In this document: positions 37,267 through 47,836 of the stretch, piece by piece | How positions within the stretch are numbered: position 1 is the first letter of the stretch | Layout: every line of letters begins with the position of its first letter | Origin: Verrucomicrobiaceae bacterium | GTDB lineage: Bacteria > Verrucomicrobiota > Verrucomicrobiia > Verrucomicrobiales > Akkermansiaceae | Length of the DNA stretch: 64,000 nucleotides | Assembly: GCA_027484055.1 (NCBI GenBank) | Contig: JAIXQH010000055.1 | Span: 7,758-71,757 of the forward strand | Reading direction: 5' to 3' | Position numbers and translations under genes: made by a program | Notes under the pieces: generated by a model | Database searches by the model: none | What the model was told of the DNA's origin: nothing | What the model saw: the letters and a program-made list of their open reading frames with translations, nothing else

Positions 37267-37409
37267 TTTCTATGTTTTCAGTTTGAACAGACCGTTGATT
37301 TCATTTCCTTCCACAGTCTCGACTGTTCGTGTCTCCCTCGCGGGATCAGGCTGTGTAAAGGCCGTCCGATAAGCGGACGGGACTATTATTCGTTGCTGCG
37401 ATTTCCAGT

Positions 37410-37622
37410 TTAACGGGAAAAAGGAAGATTCTCTCTGACGTTTCTAAGGTCAGCATCGGAGACGAGAGCAGCTTGCCCAAGACGACGCTTGCGCTTGCTG
37501 TTCTTGCCTTGCAACAAGTGGCGAGCCCCTTGTTTCCGACGAAGAATTTTCCCAGTTCCAGTGACTTTGAAACGCTTGGCAACGGCTTTCCGTGTTTTTG
37601 CTTTTCCTCCGACTCTTGGCAT
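37410..37622 (-). CDS. rpmI: 50S ribosomal protein L35
   Basis: [37 protein letters not shown]. Confidence 0.95.
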   Translation of the reverse strand: MPRVGGKAKTRKAVAKRFKVTGTGKILRRKQGARHLLQGKNSKRKRRLGQAALVSDADLRNVRENLPFSR

Positions 37623-37690
37623 GGGACGGGCAAACTAGGGATCACCCCGACCTTGGCAAGGCAAAAGTAGATCATTTTTAGCCAAGCGGT

Positions 37691-38116
37691 ATGGTGGATC
37701 TGAGAATGATACACGGGATTGACGCAGTGACCGAGCCGGGACAGGTTGCGCTCATGCAAGCGGCGGTGAATTTCAAGATTGGGAATGAAAAGTTGGTGAA
37801 GGTCATGGAAGGAGCCTCGACGCATCTCCGAGGGTTGCTGGATCGGCAAGGACGACCAGACGGCGCTCTAAGGATCGCGGTGATTGGTGGCGGCTGCTCG
37901 GGCTTGCAGTATAAGATGGATCTGGTGGATGGCCCACGGGACCGGGATATCTTGGTGCCGAGCAACGGGGTGAATGTCGTGATCGACCCGAAGAGCGCGC
38001 TTTTCGTGAGTGGTAGTGAGCTGGATTTTTCGGATGATCTTCAGCAAGGTGGCTTTAAAGTGAGCAATCCGAACGCGATCGTGACGTGTTCTTGTGGTGA
38101 AAGTTTTGCGGCATGA
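37691..38116 (+). CDS. erpA: Iron-sulfur cluster insertion protein (IscA/ErpA/HesB family)
   Basis: GGGCSGLQYKM and the C-terminal CSCGESF cysteine triad. The true start may be the internal ATG at 37754. Confidence 0.85.
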   Translation: MVDLRMIHGIDAVTEPGQVALMQAAVNFKIGNEKLVKVMEGASTHLRGLLDRQGRPDGALRIAVIGGGCSGLQYKMDLVDGPRDRDILVPSNGVNVVIDPKSALFVSGSELDFSDDLQQGGFKVSNPNAIVTCSCGESFAA

Positions 38117-38158
38117 GGCTGTAGGTAAACGCTGGTGGATCGACCGATTTTGAAACGC

Positions 38159-40801
38159 ATGAAAGTTCAGATTGCCTTCGCTCTTGTCACCAGTGTGGCG
38201 GGATTGGCGCTGGCGAGTCCACAGCCTTTGGACAAGGTGCAAGAGGTGGATCAATGGATTCTGGACCTTTCCTCCCCGGTCTTTGCAACGCGGGAAGAGG
38301 CGACGAAAAGGATTTTGGCCATTGGTGAACCCGCCCTCCAGAAACTCGGGCGTGTGGAATTCGGGAATGATCCAGAGCAGGCGTTTCGCGCACGCGAACT
38401 GATCCAGAAAATCGATTTATCCATCAATGCGGATACCGATCCTGCGCTGGTCTCACTCGTCGAACGCTATTTACTGGCCACGCCAGAGGAGAAGATGACT
38501 TTGCTGAACGTGATGCGGCAAAAGCGTGCTTGGCGGCAAATTCTCAAGCTCTTCGCCCGGGAAAAAAACGGGGACGTGCAAACCAGATACCAAGAGTGGG
38601 TCGGTCAAGTGGCGATCATCGCCGCCCGAGAGTGCCTCGAAAAAGGGGATTCCAAGGGAGCTCGTGATTACTTGGAAATGGCCCCCGCCGACAACGCTGG
38701 ATTGCTCGCTTTGGCGGACTTTCATCGCTCCCAAGGCACGCTAGATACCGAATTGAAACGCGCAAAACTCCTCCCTGGACGCCAATCTCAAACCTGGCAA
38801 CTGGCACTCCACCGCGCCGCAGGGAACTTGGCGGAAGCGCGGGACCTCGCGTTGGCACTCGGCGAGGTGAAAATCGCCGCCAAACTTTCCGCACTTCTGG
38901 GGGATCCTCTGCCATGGCTGCGGATGAGCCCGACTCATGAAAATGGGAAGAGTTATCCTTATTACACCGAACTGGCGATTCGCCGTTGGTCGGGGCAAGC
39001 GCTGCGCGAAACGGATTTGAAGCCCTTAGTTCTCGCCCTAGAATCGAAGAACTCAACCGAGCGGCAAAATGGAATGGCGACCTTGTTTCTTCTTGGCCAG
39101 CCCGCGCTGGCCGAGGGGCCATACGCGAAGGATTCTCCCCTTTTGGCATTTTCCTATTTCGAGTCCTTGCAACGCATCCCAGAAGCCCTGCGCTGCCTCG
39201 GCCTGAACCCTGAGAATCCCGACTACACTGGCTGGGTCACCCAGAGATTCTCCCGGCTGATCGGAGACAAGGCCGCCGAACCCGGCAGAGATTCCAACGT
39301 GCTTTTAGAGCTTGTCGCCATGGCCAGCTTCTTAGAGCTCCGGGGTAAACAAGCCCTGTGCGATCAGCTTTTCCGCAAACCCCTCGCCGAGCTCGCCGCT
39401 AGCGATTCCAGAAAATTTACCAATCTACTCCGCATGCTCTGCACAGGCTTCTCGGCAGAAGGTGGAGCCCCGCTCCTTGCCTTGCACGCTGCGACAGATT
39501 GGGCGGGTGCAAACGATGAACGCTGGGATCAAATTCTGAATGAAACGATGGGCGAGCAAGATCAAATCCAAGAGATCTGGGCCTGGATGGCCGAGTTAGA
39601 CCCTGCCGCGACTCAGTCCGCACGGTTCGAGGGCATACTGACACTTTTTGATTTCCATCGCGACCCGCAACTCATCCACGAGCGCTGGATGGACTTGTTC
39701 TGGAAAGACATCGCCAAGACCCCAGTCGATAAACGCGCCCGCCTTCTTGTGCGGATGCAGTTTCTCCTGCGGATCAAACCCGACGTCGCCAGCAGTCTCA
39801 AGGTCTGGAAACAACTCTCCGAAAGCCAACGCAACGAGTTGCCGTGGCAGTTTCACATCGAAGACCTCGCTGCCGCAGAGCGCTGGGACGAGGCAGCGAC
39901 CTTCTTTCTGAAGGAAATCTCGCAACCCACGAAATCCAATCCCGACTTGCAGCCCGCGCTCCACGCCTACGCTGCCTCAGCCTTGCGAAAAGCCGGTCGG
40001 GAAAAAGAGGCCCTCGTCCAAGACCGACTCACCGAGAAACTTGCCCTTGGCAAAGAGGCGGGGCAAATCGCCATGGGCTACCAATACGGTGCCGACTACA
40101 CCCGCGCCGCGATCTGGTGGCAGCGGGAGGTCATCCAAGCAGAGCCAGAATCCGACGAATTTGAAGCGGCACTCGAACAGCATCTAACCCATCTCATCGA
40201 GCGCCAAGATTGGCAAACGGCCGCCGCCGTCGCCGAGATCCAAGCGCAAATGGCCGCCGTCATCAACACCCCCGTGGGCCCGGCACTCAGGCAGCTCAGA
40301 CTTCGCCTAGCCGCAGATTTCACTCGCGCCCTAGCCACTCTCAAGCAAGACCGCGCCAGTTCTCTCTCACGGTTGAAAGCCTCTTTCGAACTTTTCCCCA
40401 CCGACGGTTCACTCGCAGATGCGTTTTTCCCTGCCCTACTCCAGACCGGACTTATGCGGGAGTTAGAACCGTGCTACGACCGCTCATGGCAGGCCATGAA
40501 GGTCGCCATTGAGCAATATCCAGAGGCGGATAACCTCCTCAACACCGCCGCTTGGCTCGCCTCACGGGCGCAGCGGAATCTCCCAGAGGCCGAAAAACTT
40601 CTCGAAAAAGCCCTCGCCCTCAATCCCGAGCAATCCTCCTACCTCGACACCATGGCGGAAACCCATTTTGCCATGGGAAATCGCTCCAAAGCCATCGAGT
40701 GGTCCCGCCAATCCCTCAATTTCCTGCCCAAAGACCCACAAATTAGCCGCCAGTATGAGCGATTTAAATCCTCTCCCCTCCCCCCTCCACGGCGGCGTTG
40801 A
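38159..40801 (+). CDS. Secreted TPR/helical-repeat protein, unknown function
   Basis: The ATG at 38159 gives the signal peptide MKVQIAFALVTSVAGLALA. The body is long and all-helical, with TPR-like repeats near the C-terminus. Confidence 0.7.
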   Translation: MKVQIAFALVTSVAGLALASPQPLDKVQEVDQWILDLSSPVFATREEATKRILAIGEPALQKLGRVEFGNDPEQAFRARELIQKIDLSINADTDPALVSLVERYLLATPEEKMTLLNVMRQKRAWRQILKLFAREKNGDVQTRYQEWVGQVAIIAARECLEKGDSKGARDYLEMAPADNAGLLALADFHRSQGTLDTELKRAKLLPGRQSQTWQLALHRAAGNLAEARDLALALGEVKIAAKLSALLGDPLPWLRMSPTHENGKSYPYYTELAIRRWSGQALRETDLKPLVLALESKNSTERQNGMATLFLLGQPALAEGPYAKDSPLLAFSYFESLQRIPEALRCLGLNPENPDYTGWVTQRFSRLIGDKAAEPGRDSNVLLELVAMASFLELRGKQALCDQLFRKPLAELAASDSRKFTNLLRMLCTGFSAEGGAPLLALHAATDWAGANDERWDQILNETMGEQDQIQEIWAWMAELDPAATQSARFEGILTLFDFHRDPQLIHERWMDLFWKDIAKTPVDKRARLLVRMQFLLRIKPDVASSLKVWKQLSESQRNELPWQFHIEDLAAAERWDEAATFFLKEISQPTKSNPDLQPALHAYAASALRKAGREKEALVQDRLTEKLALGKEAGQIAMGYQYGADYTRAAIWWQREVIQAEPESDEFEAALEQHLTHLIERQDWQTAAAVAEIQAQMAAVINTPVGPALRQLRLRLAADFTRALATLKQDRASSLSRLKASFELFPTDGSLADAFFPALLQTGLMRELEPCYDRSWQAMKVAIEQYPEADNLLNTAAWLASRAQRNLPEAEKLLEKALALNPEQSSYLDTMAETHFAMGNRSKAIEWSRQSLNFLPKDPQISRQYERFKSSPLPPPRRR

Positions 40802-40865
40802 TTCCTCGCGCAAGAAGCACGCATCTCTTGACAGCAAGCCCCCTGTAAGGCGGGATGCGTCCGCC

Positions 40866-42062
40866 ATGGCTAAGCTTTCGATCCGCGATCTAGACGTTTC
40901 CGCTCAAGAAGTCCTCATGCGAGTGGACTTCAATTGTCCCCTTAAAGACGGCGTCATCACTGACGACACCCGCATCCAGGGTGCAGTGCCCTCGATCCGC
41001 CTGTTGCTCGCTGGCGGCGCGAAACTCGTGCTCTGCTCTCATCTCGGTCGTCCCGTTTCCGGACCTGAGGCGAAGTTTTCACTCGCACCTACCGCCACCC
41101 GCCTTGCCGAAATCCTCGGCCAGCCCGTCCTCCTCGCACCAGACTGCATCGGCTCCGAAGTCGCCGCCCTCCGTGCCGCCCTTCTTCCTGGACAGGTGCT
41201 TCTGCTCGAAAATACCCGCTTTTACCCCGCTGAAGAAGCGAACGAAGCCAGCTTCGCCCAAGCCCTCGCTGGCTCCGCCGACTGCTACGTCAACGACGCT
41301 TTCGGCACCGCCCACCGCGCCCACGCCTCCACCGAAGGCGTCACCCACTTCGTCAAAAAAAGCGCCATGGGCCTGCTCATGGAACGCGAGCTCGAATACC
41401 TCGACGGCAAGCTCCAAAACCCCGCTAAACCCTTCCTCGTCATCATGGGTGGCGCGAAAGTGTCGGATAAAATCCAAGTCATCACCGCCCTCATGGAGAA
41501 GGCAGACGCCTTCCTCGTCGGCGGGGCCATGGCGAACACCTTCCGCAAGGCACAAGGCTATCAAGTGGGTAACAGCCGCGTGGAGGCCGATAAGTTAGAC
41601 CTCGCCCTCGACATCCTCGCCAAGGCGGAGTCCAAGGGCGTGCGCTTCCTCCTCCCTGCGGACACCCGCATCACCCAAGAATTTAAGGAGGGCGCCACCA
41701 CTCAGGTCACAGCCCCCTACGAACAAGGTGGCGAGACTCCAGATGGCTGGGAGGGCATCGACATCGGCGACGTCGCAATTGAGGAATTTTCCGCAGAAAT
41801 CGCCAAGGCCAAGACCATCATCTGGAACGGCCCCATGGGAGTCTTCGAGATCGCGAACTTCTCCAAAGGCACCCGCGCCATCGCAGAGGCCATGGCCAAA
41901 AGCGACGCCATCACCATCGTCGGCGGTGGTGATTCCGTCACCGCCGTGAATCAATTCGGCCTCGACGACCAAATGACCTTCATCTCCACCGGCGGCGGCG
42001 CTTCACTCGAACTCCTCGAAGGCAAAGTCCTCCCCGGAGTCGCCGCGCTCACCGACGCCTAA
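40866..42062 (+). CDS. pgk: Phosphoglycerate kinase
   Basis: MAKLSIRDLDV...RVDFNCPL, SHLGRP, GGAKVSDKI and ISTGGGASLE. The track ORF start at 40509 is an artefactual extension. Confidence 0.95.
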   Translation: MAKLSIRDLDVSAQEVLMRVDFNCPLKDGVITDDTRIQGAVPSIRLLLAGGAKLVLCSHLGRPVSGPEAKFSLAPTATRLAEILGQPVLLAPDCIGSEVAALRAALLPGQVLLLENTRFYPAEEANEASFAQALAGSADCYVNDAFGTAHRAHASTEGVTHFVKKSAMGLLMERELEYLDGKLQNPAKPFLVIMGGAKVSDKIQVITALMEKADAFLVGGAMANTFRKAQGYQVGNSRVEADKLDLALDILAKAESKGVRFLLPADTRITQEFKEGATTQVTAPYEQGGETPDGWEGIDIGDVAIEEFSAEIAKAKTIIWNGPMGVFEIANFSKGTRAIAEAMAKSDAITIVGGGDSVTAVNQFGLDDQMTFISTGGGASLELLEGKVLPGVAALTDA

Positions 42063-42095
42063 ATTTTTTTCACAACACACACACCAAGCACCCCT

Positions 42096-42890
<795 letters not shown>

Positions 42891-42932
42891 GCTAGCAGAC
42901 GCGCCCAGTAGCCTACCCGTTTTCCTGCATCC

Positions 42933-43619
42933 ATGTTCCACGCCGCTCGTATTCTTGCTCTGCTCTTCGCCCTCCTGCTCAGCGCGGGAGCACAGCAAGA
43001 TCACGTCATCATCACCGGCGGCCCCACCCTCCGGAAATGGGAAAACTTGCGAGTCCCAGACGACCAACACGACCGCTGGTGGGCCAACTTCATCCGCGCC
43101 TCCACCCTGCGGATAGCAGAGATCCGCAAAGCCTACGGCCCTGAAGCCAAAATCACCTGGCTGGTCCACCAACCGAGCTACCAAGCCCGTGGCCGCGAAG
43201 ACGGCAAGCCTTACACCTCATGGATTGCACAGCTCGCTGCCTCGCGCCACATCACCCTCGTCTGGTTCAGCGACTCCGGCAATTTCATTAAGTCCCTCAA
43301 CGCCCGCCCCCGTAAATCGATCATCACCCTCGACTACTTCGGCCATTCGAACCGCTACGCGTTCATGTTCGACTACGGGAATGAGATCATGGCCGCCTCC
43401 ACCTCCCTGCTCCACCAACGCGACCTCTCCCGCATCAACTCCTCCATTTTCGACAAAAACGCCTACTGCAAAAGCTGGGGCTGCCACACCGGGGAAAGCA
43501 TGAGCGCCGTCTGGAAAAGCTCCGTCGGAATCCCGCTCGAAGGCGCACGCGGGCCGACCAGTTATGTCGATGTCGGCCAAGGCACCATGCCCGTCGTCCA
43601 CGGCTCATGGGCGCGCTAG
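42933..43619 (+). CDS. Hypothetical secreted protein with His...Cys dyad
   Basis: Signal peptide ILALLFALLLSAGAQQ and an alternating beta/alpha pattern. IITLDYFGHSN and SWGCHTG motifs lie 46 residues apart. Confidence 0.65.
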   Translation: MFHAARILALLFALLLSAGAQQDHVIITGGPTLRKWENLRVPDDQHDRWWANFIRASTLRIAEIRKAYGPEAKITWLVHQPSYQARGREDGKPYTSWIAQLAASRHITLVWFSDSGNFIKSLNARPRKSIITLDYFGHSNRYAFMFDYGNEIMAASTSLLHQRDLSRINSSIFDKNAYCKSWGCHTGESMSAVWKSSVGIPLEGARGPTSYVDVGQGTMPVVHGSWAR

Positions 43620-43634
43620 AATTTTCCCACTCAC

Positions 43635-44645
43635 ATGACTCTCTCCGAACTCCAAGCCCTGCACGATTTACCGTTTTTCGACCTCCTCAAGCGCGCCCAT
43701 GAGGTCCATGAGGCCAGCTTCCCGGACGGAAAAATCCAGCTCTGCACGCTCCTCTCCATCAAGACCGGTGGCTGCTCGGAAGACTGCGCCTACTGCACCC
43801 AATCCGCCCGCTACGAGACGGATTTGAAAAACGAGCGCCTTCTCTCCAAGGAGACCGTCATGGAAAGCGCCCGCGCCGCCCGTGAAAATGGCTCCACCCG
43901 CTTCTGCATGGGTGCCGCCTGGCGCGGCGTCAGAGGTGGCACCGAGCGCTTTAACCAAGTCTGCGACATCATTAAAGACGTCTCCTCACTCGGCATGGAA
44001 GTCTGCGTCACCCTCGGTGAACTCGGCCCTGCCGAAGCCATCACCCTCAAGGAAGCCGGCGTCACCGCCTACAATCACAACCTCGACACCTCGCCCGAGC
44101 ACTACCCGAACATCGTCACCTCCCACACCTACGAAGACCGCCTCCGCACCATTCGGAACGTGCAAGACGCCGGCATGTCCGTCTGCTGTGGAGGGATTTT
44201 AGGCATCAGCGAAACCATCACCGACCGCCTCCGCCTGCTCGAAGTCATTTCCAGCTTCAATCCCCAGCCCGAGAGCGTGCCGATCAACTCCCTCATGCCC
44301 ATGCCCGGCACCCCACTCGCGAACAACCCGCAGGTGGACCCGTTCGACCTCATCCGCATGATCGCCTGCGCCCGCATCGCCGTGCCCGCCGCGAAGGTCC
44401 GCCTATCTGCTGGCCGCACCCGCCTCTCAGACGAGACCCAAGCCCTCTGCTTCTACGCCGGTGCAAATTCGATTTTTTACGGCGACAAGCTCCTCACCGC
44501 CGACAATCCCGAAGCCGGGAAAGACCGCGAGCTTTTGAAAAAACTCGGCCTCATCACCCTTGAGCCGAACCCCTCGCTCGAAGCCCCAGAAGCCGACCTC
44601 TCCCGCCCCGCCAGCCCCAGTTGCGCCAAGGCTGGCTGCTGCTAA
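43635..44645 (+). CDS. bioB: Biotin synthase
   Basis: Radical-SAM motif CSEDCAYCTQS, plus YNHNLDTS and a GxIxGxGE-like block. Confidence 0.95.
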   Translation: MTLSELQALHDLPFFDLLKRAHEVHEASFPDGKIQLCTLLSIKTGGCSEDCAYCTQSARYETDLKNERLLSKETVMESARAARENGSTRFCMGAAWRGVRGGTERFNQVCDIIKDVSSLGMEVCVTLGELGPAEAITLKEAGVTAYNHNLDTSPEHYPNIVTSHTYEDRLRTIRNVQDAGMSVCCGGILGISETITDRLRLLEVISSFNPQPESVPINSLMPMPGTPLANNPQVDPFDLIRMIACARIAVPAAKVRLSAGRTRLSDETQALCFYAGANSIFYGDKLLTADNPEAGKDRELLKKLGLITLEPNPSLEAPEADLSRPASPSCAKAGCC

Positions 44646-44725
44646 AAGAAATCCTGATTTCAGGTGAATTAACGCTTTTCGTCAGGAGCGGAATAGGAAT
44701 ACTCCGCCCGTCTGCAAGGACTCCA

Positions 44726-44800
44726 GCCGGCTTAGCTCAGTGGTAGAGCAACTGATTTGTAATCAGTAGGTCATCAGTTCGACTCTGATAGCCGGCTCCA
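44726..44800 (+). tRNA. tRNA-Thr (anticodon UGU), CCA encoded
   Basis: Hand-folded cloverleaf. Acceptor gccggct/agccggc; D arm gctc-agtggta-gagc; anticodon arm actga-ttTGTaa-tcagt. Variable loop aggtc; T arm atcag-ttcgact-ctgat; discriminator t, then cca. Confidence 0.9.
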
Positions 44801-44954
44801 GCTTGACTGCCTGCATTTCAATGAATTGCGGCCTCAAACCTGATTTATTGCAGGGTCTGGGTTCCCATCTATTGAAGTTTCCGATCTACCCAATGGTTTA
44901 TCCCTTCATCATTTTCTGATTTCTTCCTGGGCGGGACAGGCTTAGCCTTTCGCC

Positions 44955-45875
44955 ATGCTTCAAAAAACCATCACATTTCTCGCTCTCGGGCTGGGCATTT
45001 GCCTCACCGCTCAAGCCGCACCCGCTAAGAAAATCCTGTTTTTCACGAAATCCAGCACCTTCGAGCACTCGGTGATTTCATGGAAAGCTGGCCAACCGAG
45101 CCTCGCAGAAAAAGTGTTTCTCGATCTAGGCTCCAAGAACACTTGGGAGTTCGAGTTTTCAAAAGACGGTTCCAAGTTTTCACCCGAGTATCTCGCTGGC
45201 TTCGACGCCATCATTTTCTACACCACCGGGGATCTCACCACGGTCGGTAATGACAAGCAGCCCGCCATGACTGCTGCTGGAAAACAAGCGTTACTTGACG
45301 CGATTCAAGCCGGGAAAGGCTTCATCGGCCTGCATTCCGCTTCGGACACCTTTCACACCCACACCTCGAATCAAAACGGTTCAGAGCGCTACCAAAACCA
45401 AGGCGACCAATCAGACCCTTACATCTGCATGCTCGGTGGCGAATTCATCACCCATGGTGCCCAACAAGTCGCCACGAACCAGGTGATCGATAAGAAATTT
45501 CCGGGCTTCGAGGCCGCCGGCGATAGCTTCTCATTCAATGAAGAATGGTACTCGTTGAAGGACTTCAAGCCGGACATGCACTGCCTGACCGTCATCGACT
45601 CCCCCACTATGACGGGTGACATGTATCACCGCCCGGCCTACCCCACGACCTGGGCGCGGATGGAGAAAAAGGGCCGAGTCTTCTACACTGCGATGGGCCA
45701 CCGGGATGACATCTGGAGCAATGCCACTTACCAAAACATCCTCGTCGGAGCCATCCGCTGGGTTACTCGCGATGTCGATGCCGACCTGACTCCGAACCTC
45801 GCCAGCGCCGCTCCCGGAGCCACGACCAATCCGATTTTCACCGCTCCCAAGCCGAAACCGAAATCAAAGCCGTAA
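44955..45875 (+). CDS. ThuA-domain (trehalose-utilisation-like) secreted protein
   Basis: Signal peptide, KILFFTKSS..., GFIGLHSASDTF and YTAMGH blocks typical of ThuA-like proteins. Confidence 0.75.
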   Translation: MLQKTITFLALGLGICLTAQAAPAKKILFFTKSSTFEHSVISWKAGQPSLAEKVFLDLGSKNTWEFEFSKDGSKFSPEYLAGFDAIIFYTTGDLTTVGNDKQPAMTAAGKQALLDAIQAGKGFIGLHSASDTFHTHTSNQNGSERYQNQGDQSDPYICMLGGEFITHGAQQVATNQVIDKKFPGFEAAGDSFSFNEEWYSLKDFKPDMHCLTVIDSPTMTGDMYHRPAYPTTWARMEKKGRVFYTAMGHRDDIWSNATYQNILVGAIRWVTRDVDADLTPNLASAAPGATTNPIFTAPKPKPKSKP

Positions 45876-45941
45876 TTGTGAATTCGCCGGATTGCCGATT
45901 GCACAGATCCCATGGCGTGCCAAACTCGCATCACGAAACTG

Positions 45942-46925
45942 ATGACTACACAAACCTTGCAAGAACAGATCGCAGAAACGAGTGGCTGGATTCAGGCGGT
46001 GAAGGATGAAATGGGCCAAGTCCTCGTAGGCCAAGAACGGCTGGTGGATCGCTTACTCATCGGGCTGCTGTGCAACGGCCACATCTTGCTCGAAGGGGTC
46101 CCAGGCTTGGCGAAGACTCTCGCGATCAAAGCACTATCCGGCTCGCTGGACGCCTCTTTCGCACGCTTTCAATTCACCCCGGACCTGCTCCCCGCCGACC
46201 TAGTCGGCACCATGGTTTATCACCCGCAGGAAACGAAATTTGAGCCGAAACTCGGGCCGATTTTTAACAACCTCATCCTCGCCGACGAAATCAACCGCGC
46301 CCCGGCCAAGGTTCAGTCCGCCTTGCTGGAAGCCATGCAAGAACGCCAAGTCACACTCGGCGACCGCACCTATCCCCTGCCCCAGCCGTTCTTGGTGCTC
46401 GCGACCCAGAACCCGATCGACCAAGAAGGCACTTACCAACTCCCAGAAGCCCAGCTCGACCGCTTCCTACTCAAGGTGACTGTTGGCTACCCAACGAAGG
46501 ATGAGGAGCTGGAAATCCTCGACCGCATGGCCACTTCCACCCCGCCCTACCAGACGAAAACCGTGGCGACTCCCGAGCAAGTCGCCGCCTCGCGCGAGCT
46601 GGTGAACCAGGTTTACATCGACCCTGCGATCCGGAAATACATCGTCCAAATCATCCACACGACCCGCTTCCCAAGCTTGGTGGATGCGCCTTTGAAAAAC
46701 CTCGTCCGCTCCGGTGCCTCGCCGCGTGGCACCATCAACCTAGCCCTCAGCGCCCGCGCCCGCGCCTTCATGCAAGGCCGCGCCTTTGTCACGCCTCAGG
46801 ACGTGAAAGACATGGCGCTCGACGTGCTTCGCCATCGGATTTTACTCACCTATGAGGCGGAGGCCGAGGAAATGACCACCGACTCCGTGATCGAGCGAAT
46901 CATGAGTAAGGTCGCCGTGCCCTGA
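45942..46925 (+). CDS. MoxR-family AAA+ ATPase
   Basis: LLEGVPGLAKT Walker A, LILADEINRA Walker B, ATQNP sensor. Confidence 0.9.
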   Translation: MTTQTLQEQIAETSGWIQAVKDEMGQVLVGQERLVDRLLIGLLCNGHILLEGVPGLAKTLAIKALSGSLDASFARFQFTPDLLPADLVGTMVYHPQETKFEPKLGPIFNNLILADEINRAPAKVQSALLEAMQERQVTLGDRTYPLPQPFLVLATQNPIDQEGTYQLPEAQLDRFLLKVTVGYPTKDEELEILDRMATSTPPYQTKTVATPEQVAASRELVNQVYIDPAIRKYIVQIIHTTRFPSLVDAPLKNLVRSGASPRGTINLALSARARAFMQGRAFVTPQDVKDMALDVLRHRILLTYEAEAEEMTTDSVIERIMSKVAVP

Positions 46926-46935
46926 ACTTCTCAGC

Positions 46936-47829
46936 ATGCTGACCGACGCACAGATCGAGGAAATGATGGGCCGGGTGCGTAAGCTCGAGCTCAAGGCACG
47001 TCGTCTCGTAAAGGAGTCATTTTCAGGGGAATACCTCTCCTCATTTCGAGGCCAAGGCTTGGATTTCGATGACTTCCGGGAGTATCAACACGGGGATGAA
47101 GTGCGCTTCATCGACTGGAACGTGACCGCGAGAATGAATGCGCCCTTCGTCCGGAAATTCCGCGAAGAGCGGGAAATGTCAGTGGTCATCGCCGTGGATG
47201 TTTCCGGTTCGGCAGACTACGGCAGCGTCTTCCTGAGCAAGCGGGAAATCGCCGCAGAAGCCGCCGCGGTCCTGGGATTCAGCGCCCTGCATAATGGCGA
47301 CAAGGTCGGTCTGCTGATCTTTGCCGACGTCCCGCTCCTCTACATCCCGCCGGAAAAAGGCAGTCGCCACCTGCTGCGGATGATTCGTGAAATCTTAGTG
47401 GTCAAGCCTCAGCGCCCCGGCACCTCTGTCGCAGAAGCCTGCGACTTCCTCGTGCGAACGCTGCGCCGCAAGTCCCTCGTCTTCCTCATCTCGGACTTTT
47501 TCTCCGACTCTCTCGACAAGCCACTCGGTAAACTCGCGAAAAAGCACGAGACCCTCGCCCTCCGCGTGCTCGACCCCGTGGAATCCAAGCTCCCCAAGGC
47601 AGGACGCGTCGTGATGATCGACCCAGAAACCGGCTTCCAAACCCGGGTGAACACCGGAAACACCAATCTCCGCATGGCCTATTCCAAGCTCATGAGCCGC
47701 CAGACTGAGGGCGTAAAAGGGATTTTCAAAAAATATGGGATCGATTCCGCCGATCTCACCACCCAAGGCGACCCACTCACTGCGCTCCATCAATTATTGA
47801 AAAAACACAGCCGGAAACGCTCCCGCTAA
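46936..47829 (+). CDS. DUF58-domain protein (MoxR partner)
   Basis: FRGQGLDFDDFREYQHGDEVRFIDWNVTAR hallmark block. Confidence 0.85.
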   Translation: MLTDAQIEEMMGRVRKLELKARRLVKESFSGEYLSSFRGQGLDFDDFREYQHGDEVRFIDWNVTARMNAPFVRKFREEREMSVVIAVDVSGSADYGSVFLSKREIAAEAAAVLGFSALHNGDKVGLLIFADVPLLYIPPEKGSRHLLRMIREILVVKPQRPGTSVAEACDFLVRTLRRKSLVFLISDFFSDSLDKPLGKLAKKHETLALRVLDPVESKLPKAGRVVMIDPETGFQTRVNTGNTNLRMAYSKLMSRQTEGVKGIFKKYGIDSADLTTQGDPLTALHQLLKKHSRKRSR

Positions 47830-47836
47830 AAAGCTG

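Noticed and set aside
40509-40865. N-terminal extensions of track ORFs (pgk from 40509, batD from 50985, ruvC from 53611, hisC from 6278, cmk from 13235, tyrA from 11051, mnmE from 8761, the antitoxin ORF from 54719)
   Set aside because: The extensions overlap the preceding gene or a terminator hairpin and lack homology. An internal ATG or GTG reproduces the canonical N-terminus of each family.
44726-44954. tRNA-Thr as an integration hotspot (genomic island or prophage att site)
   Set aside because: There is no integrase, no duplicated tRNA 3' segment and no compositional shift downstream. The next gene is an ordinary ThuA-like gene.
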